Shown here piece after piece: positions 5,908 through 6,146 of a DNA stretch of 6,146 nucleotides (within the stretch, counting starts at the first letter, position 1; every line of letters begins with the position of its first letter). The stretch comes from a virus (Duplodnaviria > Heunggongvirae > Uroviricota > Caudoviricetes), in IMG/VR virus record IMGVR_UViG_2645727970_000001, positions 1-6,146 of that record; one strand, written 5' to 3'. A program made the position numbers and the translations under genes. The notes beneath the pieces were generated by a model. The model worked only from the letters and a program-made list of their open reading frames with translations, did not search any database and had not been told where the DNA came from.

Positions 5908-5928
5908 GTTCTCGGCGGTTGTTTGCTG

Positions 5929-5953
5929 AACTCGCTACGGCGAGTTTTGTTTT
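5929..5953 (+). terminator. Terminator-like hairpin at or just outside the IS left boundary
   Basis: 7-bp stem aactcgc/gcgagtt with tacg loop, followed by a T-rich tail (ttgtttt). Oriented for the + strand; could terminate tnpA read-out or belong to the phage. Confidence 0.45.
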
Positions 5954-5966
5954 ATGGAGATGATAA

Positions 5967-6134
5967 ATGCACTTTCGAGTCACAGGTGAATGGAATGGAG
6001 AACAATTCAACAGAGTTATCGAAGCAGAGAACATCAATGACTGCTATGACCACTGGATGATATGGGCGCAGATAGCCCATGCAGACGTAACCAATATTCG
6101 AATTGAAGAACTGAAAGAACACCAAGCCGCCTGA
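5967..6134 (+). CDS. Hypothetical small prophage protein (55 aa)
   Basis: Not in the ORF track. ATG 5967 with ggag 7 nt upstream; translation MHFRVTGEWNGEQFNRVIEAENINDCYDHWMIWAQIAHADVTNIRIEELKEHQAA. Stop codon lies in the loop of the following terminator. Confidence 0.5.
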   Translation: MHFRVTGEWNGEQFNRVIEAENINDCYDHWMIWAQIAHADVTNIRIEELKEHQAA

Positions 6135-6146
6135 TGGCGGTTTTTT
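6127..6146 (+). terminator. Rho-independent terminator at the end of the + strand gene array
   Basis: Stem ccgcc(6127-6131)/ggcgg(6136-6140), loop TGAT, then six T to the window edge. Confidence 0.6.

Larger units (their letters stand above)
4143..5928 (-). mobile_element. IS200/IS605-family insertion sequence (IS605-like, divergent tnpA/tnpB); ends approximate (+/- ~20 bp)
   Basis: Contains an intact Y1 HuH transposase and intact tnpB, bracketed by two near-identical imperfect hairpins in the same orientation (4162-4181 and 5887-5907), as expected for this family's subterminal palindromes. Exact termini cannot be fixed without an empty-site sequence. Confidence 0.7.

Noticed and set aside
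5813-6037. 74-aa - strand ORF spanning the tnpA 3' end, the IS left-end hairpins and the start of the 55-aa ORF
   Set aside because: It crosses the structured IS end and a terminator-like hairpin and overlaps two better-supported + strand genes; most likely fortuitous.
1-6146. CRISPR array, tRNA, rRNA or integrase/attachment site
   Set aside because: No regularly spaced direct repeats, no tRNA-like cloverleaf candidates and no integrase-like ORF are apparent on either strand.

Overview
This window reads as the early-left (pL-type) recombination/accessory region of a lambdoid enterobacterial prophage, all on the + strand, interrupted near its 3' end by a complete IS200/IS605-family insertion sequence. 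Gene order: acidic 103-aa ORF, 322-aa E/R/K/A-rich helical protein, cIII, kil-like, 71-aa ORF, Rad52-family annealing protein, HNH endonuclease, SSB, two small ORFs, then the IS (tnpB on -, tnpA on +), a 55-aa ORF and an intrinsic terminator. Most genes are tightly packed or overlap at start/stop codons, and most have a clear Shine-Dalgarno. Calls for cIII, SSB, TnpA, TnpB, HNH and the Rad52-like protein rest on motifs I recognise in the translations; no database search was run. The most notable observations are an SSB whose reading frame continues 15 codons past the normally terminal DDDIPF tip, an apparently catalytically intact TnpB with matched subterminal hairpins marking the IS ends, and several uncharacterised accessory ORFs in a position where lambdoid phages often carry anti-defence or host-takeover genes. 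No tRNA, rRNA or CRISPR array is evident.
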